In this document: positions 1 to 12,519 of the stretch, one piece after another | How positions within the stretch are numbered: position 1 is the first letter of the stretch | Layout: each line of letters starts with the position of its first letter | Assembly (NCBI RefSeq): GCF_964213995.1 | Contig: NW_027590123.1 | Location: 2,418,001-2,482,000 of the forward strand | Source: Mustelus asterias | Lineage: Eukaryota | Reading direction: 5' to 3' | DNA length: 64,000 nt | Program-made: the position numbers and the translations under genes | The notes under the pieces: model-generated | Database searches by the model: none | Told to the model about the DNA's origin: nothing | What the model saw: the letters and a program-made list of their open reading frames with translations, nothing else

Positions 1-429
1 TTTTACACATCTATAACTCAGCTGGAGCTTTGACAGAATCTCCCAAACCCTCAACTTCCACCACCTGGAAGGACCAGGATCACAAGTGTGAATGAACACC
101 TCGAAATTCACCTTCAAGTCTCACACACCAGGGGATTTTCACAGTAACTTCATCGCAGTGTTAATATAAACCTACTCGTGACATGATAAACTTTTAAAAA
201 AAACTTTAAACACACTGTCCTGACTTGTCTGCCATCCAGTACTGGATGAACAGATATTTTATATATTGGGAAGACTGAAGTCACTGGTTTCAGTCTTTGC
301 TACAAACTTCACTCCCCAGCCACCGACTCCATCTCTCTCCCTGATAATTGTCCGAGGCTGAACATGATTGTTCACAACCATGGTGACATGTTCCACCTCA
401 GGAATTAGGAGTCGGCCATTCGGTCCATC

Positions 430-592
430 AGGTCTTTCACCTCTGTCAATGTTTCAAGTCTGGATGACCCTTCTCCAAACAGTCATTCAGACTCGAAACG
501 TTGGCTCTATTCTCTCTCCAAAGATGCTGTCAGACATGCTGAGATTTTCCAGCACTTTGTTTTTGTTAAACATTCACTTGATTGCAGTTTGC
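430..592. mobile_element. Penelope-type pLTR palindromic fragment
   Basis: tcgaaacgttggctc…gatgctgtcagac…gctgagattttccagca, shared with 11515, 43770, 44170 and 53303. Confidence 0.55.
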
Positions 593-719
593 TGTGGGTA
601 AATCCTCCCCTTCTAACCCATGCAAAATAAGTTTCCAAAACCCATCACTCTCAGTCCAGGATAGAAATTCACAACATTGTGTCTGCCTGCTTTCCGGCTC
701 AGGATTACTTAAGCTGGGA

Positions 720-1080
720 CACATTTTCATTGGAAGCAGATGAGAAAATGTTCACTAGGCTGACTCCTGTGATGAGGGGGTTTGGCTTCTGAGGAAAGGT
801 GGAACAGGTTGGGCCTTGACCCATTGGAATTCAGAAGAATGAGAGGTGATCTTGGTGAAGCATATTAGATCCTGGGGGAGCTTGACCGGGTAGATTCTGA
901 GAGGATGTTTCCCCTCATGGGGTAATATCGAATTATGGAACAGTTAAAAAATAAGAGGTCTCTCAGTTTACACCATGAGGAGAAACGTATTCTCTATGAA
1001 GATCATTAGTCTTTGGAAATCCCTTCTCCAGTAAGTAGGAGGCTTGGTCATTGAATACATTTAAGGCTGTGTTAAGTTCA
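720..1080 (+). mobile_element. CR1 LINE 3' fragment, degenerate
   Basis: Similar to the FTRLIPG…RMRGDL region of other CR1 copies in the window. Confidence 0.65.
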
Positions 1081-1084
1081 TAAG

Positions 1085-1875
1085 ATATTGGAGCAGAATT
1101 AGGGCATTTGGCCCATCGAGTCTGCTCCGCCATTCGACCATGGCTGATATGCTCCTCATTCCCATTTTCCTGCCTTCTCCCCATAACCTGTTAAAAATCT
1201 GTCTAACTCCTCCTTAAACGTACTCACTGTCTCAGGATCCACCACACTTCGGGGTAGCGAATTCCAGATTCACAATCCTTTGGGAGAAGTAATTTCTCCT
1301 CAACTCTGTTTTAAATTTGCTGCCCCTTATCCTAAGACTATGAGCTCTCATCCAAGAATACCCCACAAGAGGAAGCATCCACTCCACGTCTACTTTATCC
1401 ATACCTTTTATCATCTTGTGTACCTCAATTTGATCTCCCCTCATTCTTCTAAATTCCAGAGAGTATAGGCCTATCTCTCTTCATACGACAAACCCCTCAT
1501 CTCTGGAATCAATCTAGTGAACCTCCTCTGAACTGCCTCCAATGCCACGACATCTTTCCTCAAATAAAGGGACCAAAACTATGCACAATACTCCAGGTGC
1601 GGCCTCACCAATGCCTTGTATAGTTCCTTACATTTATATTCTAATCCTTTCGCTATAAATGCCAACATTCCATTCACTTTCTTTATAATCTGCTGTTCCT
1701 GCATGCTGGTTTCCTGTGACGGGTGAATGAGGACACCCAGATCCTTCTGCACTGGAGCACCCCGAAGTCGCTCCCCATTTAGATAATAAGTCGCCTTCCC
1801 AACACTCCAGCCCAGGCAACATGCTGGTGACTCTCCTCTGCACTCTTTCTCGTGCAATCACATCCTTCCTATAGT
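1085..1875 (-). mobile_element. CR1 (HER1-like) LINE 3' fragment
   Basis: ORF pieces LYKALVRPHLEYCA and MRGDQIEVHKMIKG…HSLRIRG typical of the CR1 ORF2 C-terminus. Confidence 0.85.
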
Positions 1876-2131
1876 GTTCCTCAGTGTTACGTTCTGTCTG
1901 ATTCTGTCAGTTGATGTTTCTGAGATTCACCTTGGGACACTCTCCTACATTAAAGGTCTGATATAAATCAAAGTTATTTTTAAATCACATTGTAACAGAC
2001 TGGGGAAGTCAGGATTAAAACAATATCTGGGTAAATGAAGTTTGGTCACAGATCAGCCGTGACCCCAGTCAATAAGAGAACAGGCTCAAGGGGGATAAAT
2101 GATTTCCTCCTGTTCCCAATAAACTTGGGCT

Positions 2132-2680
2132 CAAACACCAGCTGATGAATGGAAAGTGATGGGTGAACTGGGGGGGAAGACACTTCACCAGAAACCAGCA
2201 CTGGAGCAGAGTTAGAGAGTGGGAGAGGCCCGGGGGGGAAACAACACAGGAAATGGAGTAGCTCATTCAGCCTTTTGAGTCTGCTCTGTCATTCAGTTAG
2301 ACTCTGGCTGATCAATTAGTCTTTCTGAACTTGAAGAACAAATAGCTGAACAGTTAACTCCAGCTGGTTATAGGGTTATTAACAGCAGCAGAAACACCAG
2401 CTGATAAATGGAAAGCCTGTTCCTGTGCTGTACTTTTCTTTGTTCTTAAGTGGGGAGAAGACACTTCACCAGGAACCAGCGATGGAGCAGAGTTAAAGAG
2501 TAGGACAGTCCTGTGGAGAGACTACTCAGGAAATGGAATAGGTTGTTCACCCCTTCAAGTCTGCTCTGTTATTCAATTAGACCCGGGTTGATCCATTAGT
2601 CCATCTGAACTTGAACAAATACCTGAATTGTTAACTCAAGCTGGTTACAGCAGTTATTAACAGCAGCAGAAACACACCAT
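2132..2680. repeat. Tandem duplication of ~260 bp in the ZNF-A 3' region
   Basis: gaagacacttcacca…ggagcagagtta…ttattaacagcagcagaaacac occurs twice. Confidence 0.85.
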
Positions 2681-2725
2681 AGCTATCAGAATGAACATGG
2701 GTCAGTGCAGGATGTGATTACCTGT

Positions 2726-3234
2726 TCAATAACTGGGGAATCTGCCTCCAGACTTGTGAACTCGCTGGTGTCTCATTAGGTTTTGTGACTGAGTGAATCT
2801 GTTCCCACATATGGAGCAGGTGAACGGCCTCTCCCCGGTGTGAACTCGCTGGTGTGTCAGGAGATCAGATGAGTTAGTGAATCCCTTCCCACACACGGAG
2901 CAGGTGAAAGGCCTTTCCCCAGTGTGAGCACGCTTGTGTTTCAGCAGGTGAGATGAACTGCTGAATCCCTTCATACACACAGAGCAGGTGAATGGCCGCT
3001 CCCCAGTGTGAAGTCGCTGGTGAGTGCGAAGGTTGAACATTCGACTAAAACTCTTCCCACACACGGTGCAGATGAACAGACTCTTCCCAGTGTGACTGCG
3101 CTGATGAGCTTCCAGCTGGGATGGAGAACTGAATTCCTTCCCACAGTCCTCACATTCCCATGGGTTCTCTATGGTGTAGATGTCCTCGTGTTTCTCCAGG
3201 TTGGATGATTTAATGTGTGTATATTTCAAATATC
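2726..3234 (-). CDS. C2H2 zinc-finger gene A, terminal exon with 5 intact fingers
   Basis: CxxC…HxxxH repeats with TGERPF linkers; open from the acceptor ccttttacag|G at 3234 to the stop; no in-exon ATG before the fingers. Confidence 0.8.
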
Positions 3235-3949
3235 CTGTAAAAGGAGTTTAGAAACATCATCACTGTCAGTACGGGATCGAAATTCAGAACAGACATTTCT
3301 ACTTTCTGTGGAACATCGTTTCCTCACTTGATCCTGTAAAGCAGTAAATCCTCATCCTGAACACTTTCCCACCTCCCTGTCCTGCAACCAACTCCCACAT
3401 TGAACAACCATCTCATATTTCAATGATTGTCCCGTGTTTGAGTCCAGTGTGCCAGGCTGCATGGCGTATGGGTGCTGTTTCACCCATAAGATGGAACTGT
3501 GCAGCACCCTCTTCCAACTGTTCTGGCTGCCAACCAGCCCATGCCCACCCTCGCAGTTCCAGCAGCACCGCACACAATACTGCTCACCTGCTCTAACAGA
3601 CTCGTGAAGGATGTCCTTTCATTTTCTCAGAGAGAGTTGGTCAGCCTGGCAAACCCAGTGTGAAATATCTTCACAAATCTTTTCTCCCACCCTCTATTCT
3701 GGCTGGGTTCAGTTCTTTTGTACAGAGTGAAAATAAAATCAATCAATTATTTTCTCTCCTGGTCACTGCTGGGAGCTGCAGCTTTTTACTGGGGGTGTTG
3801 GGGACTCCAGCGGGTGTTTGTGAATCCTCCCCGCCCACCTCCCAGGGTTTCCTTCCTTCCCAGAGATCAGAGTCCTCATTGATTTGAGGCCAAAGTGTAA
3901 CCTCTTATTTATTGTCCCCCTCCCCCATCCTCTGATGTGAACCATCCTC

Positions 3950-4640
3950 CAGTGGCTGAGCCAGGATGGGGCCGTTAACCTGGGCCTGTTCCCGGGAGGG
4001 AGGGAGGGAGAAGCCCCGCAGCTGCAAACCAGGGAGCTGACAATGATTCTGAAGGGTTTGCGGATCCTCGCAGCCACCGCCTAACGCTGACTCCGCTTCT
4101 CCGGGACAAAGGACTCTCGCTCCCGAGGCGAACAAAGGAATTGCGCATGCTCCACATTCAGACAGAGTGTCCCGCATGATCAGCCAGACCGGACTGCGCA
4201 TGTGCCAGATCGTGATGCCCCGGGGAGGGTGATTGACAGCGGCTCCGGACCAATAGGAGGGGCGGGTCTGGATGACGCGGTGGGGGTGGTGGGTGGGGTG
4301 GTTCGTCCTCCAACCAATCAGGGTGAAAAAGGGGCTCCAACTGAAGCATGCGCATTGCGGGTAATGGCGACGGCAAAGGCTTACTGCTTCGGATCCGTAA
4401 TTTGTCAGCGGAAAATCGCCGATCGGTGGGTACGATGGAACCGGCGAGTGGACGGGAAGGCTTCAGAAACCGGTTGTGCGATCTGTAAACTCCCCCCAAA
4501 ATTCTCCAATTACCCCATTTGCATCGAGCGGGTCAAAGATCCCTGAGATCGGCCCACGCGTTAACGACCTCCATCTTTATTGGGGGCAATGTGCGGCAGT
4601 GCGCATGGGTGATCGCCATCTTTGTAGGGGGCAATATTGT
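3950..4640. promoter_or_regulatory. CpG-rich putative bidirectional promoter (ZNF-A / ZNF-B)
   Basis: High CpG; NRF1-type TGCGCATG motifs at about 4142, 4195, 4346 and 4600; CCAAT boxes at about 4250 and 4314; GC box; YY1-type ATGGCG/GCCATCTT; lies between divergent ZNF exons. Confidence 0.7.
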
Positions 4641-4744
4641 CAATGACTGGGAGGAGCGGGTTCCCCATTGTTCAGAATGGAGACAACTTGTCCATCAAAC
4701 TGCATCAACCCTCTGAGTCCCAATGTCTTATTGATGAGGCAGAG

Positions 4745-5780
4745 CGGTGGCAGAGAAGGAAAGAAATCACAAGATGCTTTATAAATATTTTAAGGGCAAG
4801 AGGGTAATCAGGGAAAGAGTGGTTGGTAGATTAGGAATCAATTGCCCATTCGGCAACCTGGGTGTGGAGCCGGAAGATGTATTTGAAGCATTAAAGGAGT
4901 ATTTTGCATCTGTGTTCACTGTGTGGAAGGACAATGTAGGTACAGAAAGCAGGGATGGGTGTGTGATAGAATTGAACAGATTGTCATTGGTGGTGTGGTA
5001 AATAGCGAGGAGGACAACCTTGGATTGCAGGGTGATACAGACAGGCTGGTCAGACGGGCAGAACAGTGGCAAATGGAACTTAACCCTGAAAAGTATGAAG
5101 TGATGAATTTTGGGAGGACAAGGCCAGGGAATATAAAGGACCAGAGGGACATTGGGGAGCATTCCCAATTATCCCTGAAGCCAGCAGGACAGGTAGATAA
5201 GGTGGTTATGTTGGAGCTGTATAAACACTTGTTACTCATAACTCGAGTCCTGTGTGCTGTTCTGTTTGGAACACTATAGGAAGGATGTGATTGCATCAGA
5301 AAGGGAGCAGAGGAGATTCACCAGGATGTTGCCTGGGCTGGACCATTTCAACTATGAAGAGTGGCTGGTTAGGCTGAGGTTGTTTTCCTTAGAGCAGAGA
5401 AGGCTGAGGGGTGACCTGACTGAGGTGTACAAGATTATGAGGAATATAAATCAGGTAAATTGAAAGGAACTTTTCCCCTTTAGTAGAGGGGTCAATAACC
5501 AGGGAGATAGATTTAAGTTCAGGGGCAGGAGGTTTAGAGTGGAGTGGAGGAATAACCTTTCACTCAGAGGGTGGTGGGAATCTGGAACTCACTGTCTGAA
5601 AGGGTTGTAGAGGCAAGAACCCTCACAATATTTAAGAAGCATTTAGATGAGCAGGTGAAACACCATAGCATTCAAGGTTATGAACCAATTACTGGAAATG
5701 GGATTAGAATAGATAGGTGCTTGCTGGCCGGCACAGACATGATGGGCCAAAGGGCCTCTTTCTATGCTGTAAAACTCTAT
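4745..5780 (+). mobile_element. CR1 LINE fragment with internal deletions
   Basis: EYFASVFT, WQMELNPEK and RRLRGDLTEVYKIM motifs plus a CR1-type 3' end. Confidence 0.85.
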
Positions 5781-6203
5781 GCTGCTAAATGGAGGGAATT
5801 TCTGTTCATCCAGGACAAGATGTCAGATAAGTCAGGGTGATGTGTGACTTGAAGGGAATTTTGGAGGGATGATGTTCACATACACCTACTACCCTGGTCC
5901 TCCTCGGTGCTGGAGGTTGGTTTATTTGTAAATAAGTAAAATTCCCTCCCGTCACCCCATGTCGCTCCACTTCTCACCCTCTCCCTCCCCTCCCATAGAG
6001 AAGAGCCTGGTGTCAGTCCAGAAAAGGTGGTAGGTTCCCGTACCAGTGAACCAGTTAAGTTTTTCACAACAATGTCAGTTTTCATGGTCACATTTTTCTC
6101 GTATCTGCCCAACAAATTACCAAATTTGTTCAGCTCGATTTCACAGCCTGCTTTTGCGGCTTGTCTCTCATTCCCTTTTCTCGGTTTTGAAATAATTTCA
6201 CAG

Positions 6204-7225
6204 GGCAATTGGAAGGAAGGATTTGCAGTTGGAAAACTCAAACTAAACATCGCATCAGAATCTGATGGAGTCACTCAATTTATCCAAACCTGAAATCATT
6301 GTGTTGTAAACATGGAAGGAGAAAGTACCATTCACAGTGGGGAGAAAGCGTCCGTGTGTTGTGTGTGTGTGGATGAGGCTTCATCTGATTATAGAACCTG
6401 GAGAGACACAGGACACCCACAGCATGGAGAAACTGTGGAAATGTGAGGACTGTGGGAAGGGATTCAGTTACTCAGTTATACTGGAAACTCATCAGTGTGT
6501 TCACACTGGGGAGAGGCCATTTACCTGCACCGAGTGTGGGAAGAGCTTCGTGAATTCAACCAACCTGCTGAGACACCAGCTCGTTCACACTGGGGAGAGG
6601 CCGTTCACCTGCACTGAATGTGGGAAGGGATTCACTCATTCATCACATCTGTTGAGACACCAACCAGTTCACACTGCAGAGAGACCTTTTAAATACACAG
6701 ACTGTGTGAAGTGCTGCAAAACTTCTGGGAACTGAAGCACCATCAACATGTTCACACTGACATGAGACCATTCAGGTGCTCTCATTGTGGGACTGGGTTC
6801 ACACAATCATCTGACCTCACTGTCCACCAGTGGATTCACACTGGGGAGAGGCCACTCACCTGCAAAGAGTGTGGGAAGGGATTTGCTCAGATGTCCACTC
6901 TGCTGACACACCAGTGGATTCACACTGGGAAGAGACCATTCACCTGCCCTGAGTGTGGAAAGGGATTCATTAATTCATCCCACCTGCTAACCCACCAGCA
7001 GATCCACACTGATGAGACTGAACTGCGGAAAGTGCAACAAAAGTTCCAGGGAACTGCTGTCCCATCAACAAATCCACACTGACTAGAGACAATTCAAGTG
7101 TTGTCATTTTTGGTCTGAGTTCAGGTAACCTCATCTCACTGTACACCAGTGCATTGACACTGAGGAGAGAATGTTCACTCCCTCTGAATGTGGGAAGAGA
7201 GTCACTCATTCGTCCCATCCACTGA
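6204..7225 (+). pseudogene. C2H2 zinc-finger pseudogene B
   Basis: Acceptor tttcacag|G at 6203; finger array split over frames (ORFs 6337-6735 and 6711-7082); degenerate fingers at both ends. Confidence 0.85.
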
Positions 7226-8075
7226 GATCCAGTGATTTCAGAAATAACTACATTGATTGTATTTTACTTTTAATCACAGCCAGGACTGAATCCCATTCTT
7301 TGGGGTCTGTTTCTACTGCTGATGATAAACTCCAGGCCAGTTGTATGTTTTTAATCTTCTGGTTAAAAGTTAAATAAATCAGCTTTATGTTAAGCTGAGT
7401 GTCAATCTTTTTGATATCTCCAATATGTTAGGAGTTTTTGAGATGCCCTGCCCATTCCCTCTTTCCTCCATCCTCACTTCCAATAACAAGTGTAAGCAGC
7501 TCATAGAGCTTCTTTAAGATTGAGAACATCTGATGAATTACCTCTACTACTTCCAACAGCCCACCAGAAAAATACTGCTTCTAAAGTTCCTCATTGTCTG
7601 AGCTCTGAACCTGCATCTTCCTCTGGGTTCTGTCACCATTTAATTGGGACCATCAGTGGTGGTGTTTTTAACCCAGCATTCCCCATGGTTGAGAGTATCC
7701 CCTTTCCACAGCACAGGAGAGCAGTGGGCAGGCCTGGTTCTGCCCTGTGTTTGGAGCATCCGCAGTGTCAGCCATGACTATGAACAGACATTTCTCTCTC
7801 GGATCCACGATGGGTAAAAGGTGGGATGGCGGGAGGAATGGATTTGGTGGGTGGATAGAGATTCTCTGGAAATCTGTTGTGTAAACTGCAAATCCCAAAT
7901 GAGAAGTTACTGAGTGGACACAAGGGGAATTATCCCGGTGACAAACCTGGAGCAGGAGGAGAGAATGTTGTGAATTTCTATCCTGGATGGATTTCGGAAA
8001 CTCCTTTTACAGGGGGTTAGAAGAGGAGGATTTACACACGGCAATCTCAAACTAAAGAAAGGTTCATCTCTACAG

Positions 8076-8326
8076 GGTGGTACAGTGGTTAGCACTGCTG
8101 CCTCACTGTCTGTGTGGAGTTTGCACATTCCACCTGTGACTTCAGGGGTTTTCTCCAGGTGCTCTGCTTTCGTCCCACAGTCAAAAGATGTGCAGGTTAG
8201 AGGATTAGTGGGGTAAACGTGTGGAGTTGCTGGCGGTGGGCCTGGGTAAGATGCCCTATTGCAGAGTCAGCACAGACTCGATGGGCTGAATGGCCTCCTT
8301 CTACACTGTAGGGATTCTATGATTCT
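8076..8326 (+). mobile_element. HE1-like (V-SINE) tRNA-derived SINE
   Basis: ggtggtacagtggttagcactgctgcctca…gtggagtttgcac…CR1-derived tail. Confidence 0.8.
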
Positions 8327-8477
8327 TCGGATACAGGTCTTCAAATGGGATGGACAGGTAGATATGGACAAAATGTTTCCACTGAGACATGAATACACAG
8401 TAAATAGTAGTAAATCCAAACACTTAAACCCAGACACCAAATCCAGAGACCACTTAAACCCAGACACCAAATCCAAG

Positions 8478-8750
8478 TAATCCAGAAACCCAAAGTCATG
8501 TTCTGGGGACCTGGGTTCAATTCCCACCATGGCAGACGGTGGAATTTGAATTCAATAACAAAAAAATCCGGAAATAAACTTTTAATGAAACCATTGCCGA
8601 TTGTTATAAAAAACTCATGTCCTTTCGGGAAGGAAATCTGCCACCCTTTCCCGGTATGTTCCACATGTGACTCCAGATCTATAGCAATGTGGGTCTTTAA
8701 ATGGTCCAGCAAGCCATTCAGTTCAAGGGCAATTAGGGTTGAGCAATGAG
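8478..8750 (+). mobile_element. Deu-domain-like SINE (SacSINE1-like)
   Basis: gggttcaattcccaccatggcag…aatttgaattcaata…gaaggaaatctgcc; other copies at 28820-29130 (+), 54530-54850 (+), 42640-42930 (-) and 56430-56770 (-). Confidence 0.6.
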
Positions 8751-9095
8751 TATGGACAGAGTAAATAGTCAGAAACTGTTCCCACTCAAGAGAGCACCAA
8801 GAACTAGGGCACAGATTCAAAGTATTTAGCCAAGGAGTAAGAGTGATGTGAGTAAAAATGTTTCACTCAGAGGTTGGTTGGAGTCTGGAACAAATTCACT
8901 GAGGAGGTCGTGGAGGCAGGTTCTATTGAGGTATTGAAAAGAAAATTAGGTTGCTATCTGAAAAGAAAGAATGTGCAATGTTACAGGAATAAGGCAGGGA
9001 AGTAGGACTGGGTATAATGCCTTTTCAGAGACCCAGGACAGACTCAATGGGCTGAATGGTGTCTTTCTGCACTGTGAGGATTCTGTGTTTCTGTC
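8745..9095 (+). mobile_element. CR1 LINE 3' end fragment
   Basis: tttcactcagagg…tggaac and gggctgaatgg…ttctgcactgt CR1-type tail. Confidence 0.65.
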
Positions 9096-9564
9096 AGCAC
9101 AGACCCCACATCATCAGCATTGGAACTGAAACTCCCATCATTACATCAACACCAGAACCACGATGGAATTTCAGAAAACTGGGAAATCTTCCAAAAGGCA
9201 ATTGATACCAACAGGTGGTTTCACCAAGCACCCAATGTCTTCAATAGATTGATAGGATTGATGAAAGTTCAGAGTTTAATCCGGAGAAGATGAATCAGAG
9301 AACAGAAATAACCTTGAGCAAGAAAAGGCCCAAATAATGGCACTGTCAAAAACAGGAGATCAATCATTCTCCTCTTATTATTGGAGAAATCCAAAACACT
9401 GTGTTTGAATCAAAGCTGATTTAATCAACATTTACAAACAACATCACTGCACACACCAGCTTTCATGCTTATTAATATCAGCAGCAACAAACTCCAACTG
9501 TCAGAATGAACATGGTTCAGTCCTGGATGTCATTAACAGCAGATTCTAAATCCAATCCCTTCAG

Positions 9565-10541
9565 TTACTTGTGAACTCGCTGGTGCCTCAGCTGTGTGGA
9601 TGAACGACTGAATCTCTTTCCACACACTGAGCACGGAAATGGCCTCTCCCCGGTGTGAACTCGCTGGTGTGTCAGCAGGGTGGATGACTGAGTGAATCCC
9701 TTCCCACACACTGAGCAGATGAACGGCCTCTCCCCAGTGTGAACTCGCTGGTGATTAAGTAGGTTGGACATCCAAGTGAAGCCTTTCCCACAGAAAAAGC
9801 AGGTGAAGGGTCTCTCCCTGGTGTGAGTGAGTTGGTGCATCAGCAGATCCGTCTGGCTTTTAAAGCACTTCTCACAGTCAGGACATTTAAACAGTCTCTT
9901 ATCAGTATGAACAAGTTGGTGTGTCAGTAGGTCGAATCAACGGGTAAATCCCTTCCCACACACGGAGCAGGGGAACAGTCTCTCCCCAGTGTGAGTGCGT
10001 TTATGATTCAACAGATCATTTTTCCTTTTATAGTTTTTCTCACAGTCAGAACATTGGAAAGGTCTCTCCTCACTGTGGATTCGATGGTGTGACAGGAGGT
10101 GGGATGAGTTTGTGAAGTCTTTCCCACAGACGGAGCAGGTGAATGGTCTCTCCCCAGTGTGAACACGCCGGTGTCTTAGAAGGTGGGATGATTTAGTGAA
10201 TCCTTTCTGACACACAGAGCAAGTGAATGGCCTCTCCCCAGTGTGACTGCGGTGATGAATATGTAACTCAGATGGGTAATCAAATCCCTTCCCACAGTCT
10301 CCACATTTCCACGGTTTCTCCCCAGTGGGACAACACTTGTGTTTTGACAGGTTTGATGAGCGACTGAAACCTCGTCCATACACAGAACATGTAAACACCT
10401 TCTCCCCATTGTGAACGGTGCTTTTTGATTCCATGTTCAAAGGTCGATGATGTTCAGGCCCTGATGATTTGGGTGTCTGTCAGATCCTGATGTGATGTTT
10501 GATCTGAGTTTCCCACCTACAAATCATCCTCTTCTAATATG
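9565..10541 (-). pseudogene. C2H2 zinc-finger gene C (9 fingers) with one in-frame TGA; pseudogene or truncated allele
   Basis: ORFs 9937-10440 and 9565-9840 share a frame and are separated only by TGA at 9937-9939 plus 32 sense codons; ATG at 10434; acceptor at 10541. Confidence 0.85.
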
Positions 10542-10962
10542 CTGTAAAATTAATTCAAAAAGGAGAAAAAAACAGTGATAAACACAAAGGTAGGTTGTGA
10601 AATTGAGCTGAATGAATCCGGTAATTTGTGGAGCCGGCACAAGGAAAAAGTGACCACGAAAGCTGCTGGATTGTGATTAAAAACTCAAATGGTTTGCTAA
10701 TGTCCTTCAATTCAGGAAACCTGCCACCCAGTCCAGATCTACACAAGAATTCAACCTTAATGGGAGGAGAAAGATAGAGATGAAACAGGGAGGGAATGAA
10801 CGGTAAGGACTTTATACATCTACAACTGGACAAGAACTTTGACAGAACCTGCCAAACCACAACCTTCACCAACTCAAAGGATGCAGGAAAACTATCACCT
10901 CCAAATGTCGCTTTCAATCTCAAAACAACTTGTAATCCTGAGGTAACCTATAACCTCCTGCA

Positions 10963-11155
10963 TTTAAGGGGCAATTTAGCCTGGTCAATCCACCTAACCT
11001 GCACACCTTTGGGGTGTGGGAGGAAACCAGAGCACCTAAAGGAAACTCATGCAGTCACAGAGAGAATGTGCAAACTCCACACAGCCACCCAAAGCTGGAA
11101 TTGAACCCGGGTCCCTGGTGCTGTGAAACAGCAGTGTTGACCACTGTGCCACCGT
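10963..11155 (-). mobile_element. HE1-like SINE
   Basis: Reverse complement of the same consensus. Confidence 0.8.
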
Positions 11156-11989
11156 ACTATTGTTGCTCAGAAATAAGTTTTAGGATTTTGGCCGAGTGAT
11201 TGTGAAGGCAAAGCAGTAAACTACCAAGTCAGAATAGTGTGTGATTCAAAAGAGTAAATGCAGGTAGTGGGGTTTCCATGCACAAACTGCCCTAATCCAT
11301 GTTGTAGTTTTGGAAGGTGCTGTCAAAGGAGGTTTAGGCAATTGCTGGTAATTCTAGTAATGTCCATGTTCCAGTTACTAATTTGAAAATTTTCTAAATG
11401 TAAATTTAATGAAAATCCCCGACAGAACTACTTTTTCCTTACTTGAAACACAGCTTTAAATGGTCCGTTTGTTTCTAGACTCGGTTCTGTGAGCAATGCC
11501 TTCAACTAAACAAAATCAAAACACTGCAGCTGCTGGAAATCGGAAATGAAAAGAGAAAACGTTGTAAATACTCATCAGGTTAGACAGCATTTTTGGAGAC
11601 AGAAGCAGAGTTAATGTTTGCAGTCACTGATGCTCCTCTAATAAAACACATACCAATAGCTGCTGTTTAATGGGGCCGTTGATCCCACAATCCCCTGTGC
11701 CCCAGAAACAGCTCTATACCACACACATTTCCCATTATGACAGTTCTGTGTCAAGAGGGCGAGCTGTTTAAAAGTCATTAAGTTCCATTTTTGCGTGTTG
11801 ATGTTCATTAAAGATACGGATCGACTTCCCCCTCATTATGTATCAATTTCAGATACTTCGGTCGAGAATTTCCATTCCCCTACTTTCTGGTGGATAATGA
11901 ATGCCTTGAGTACTTATGTTACAGTATAATTTGATTCCTAATTTTATTGACTGCACCCCTATCCCTAATTTTCACATCACAGCAGAAAA

Positions 11990-12510
11990 AGTTCACTGTT
12001 CACAAATGAGGAGTTTCGATGGCGTGCGCTTTACCCACCATTCCTTGCGGTGGGGAATGTCCCCGATCCACAGCACGGGAGAGAGTTGCGTATGCGCAGT
12101 CAGGCAGTGTGTGTGTGTGCGCAGCGTGGATGATGGCAATGGGGAGAGACGTTCCTCTGTCTCATCAACAACCGGTAAGGATGCGGATACATGGAGGGAG
12201 GATTGGAACCAGCAGATGGACGGAGGGGGTTTCTAAATATCTGGTGAAGGTCTCAAACCTCTAATAGTAATCCGCAGGTCCCGAGTTCGCAGCTTTGGGT
12301 CTTTTTCGCAGGACGAGGCTCAGGTTAACAGCCGCCATCTTGATTCAGCAGGCGCTGGTGTTGGTGACGCAACAGTGAGTGGGTGGGGCTTCAGCGTTTT
12401 TTGCTCCCAACCGGGTCCTAGTGACCGGATCGCACAGCAATCTGAGCAACAGGTTTTAAACAGCTTCATCCACTCCCAGGCTGCAGCTAATGTTTGCAGC
12501 CTCGAGGAGT
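11990..12510. promoter_or_regulatory. CpG-rich putative bidirectional promoter (ZNF-C / ZNF-D)
   Basis: CpG enrichment, TGCGCA motifs, YY1 consensus GCCGCCATCTTG at 12331; lies between divergent ZNF exons. Confidence 0.6.
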
Positions 12511-12519
12511 CCATGGGCC

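Noticed and set aside
3763-4546. Several ORFs over the CpG-rich region
   Set aside because: GC-rich promoter or UTR sequence; no recognisable domain such as KRAB.
8076-8110. tRNA-like A/B boxes at SINE heads
   Set aside because: SINE internal promoters, not tRNA genes; no complete cloverleaf.
8421-8475. 25-bp direct repeat cacttaaacccagacaccaaatcca, CRISPR-like at first glance
   Set aside because: Only two copies, a local duplication in a eukaryotic genome.
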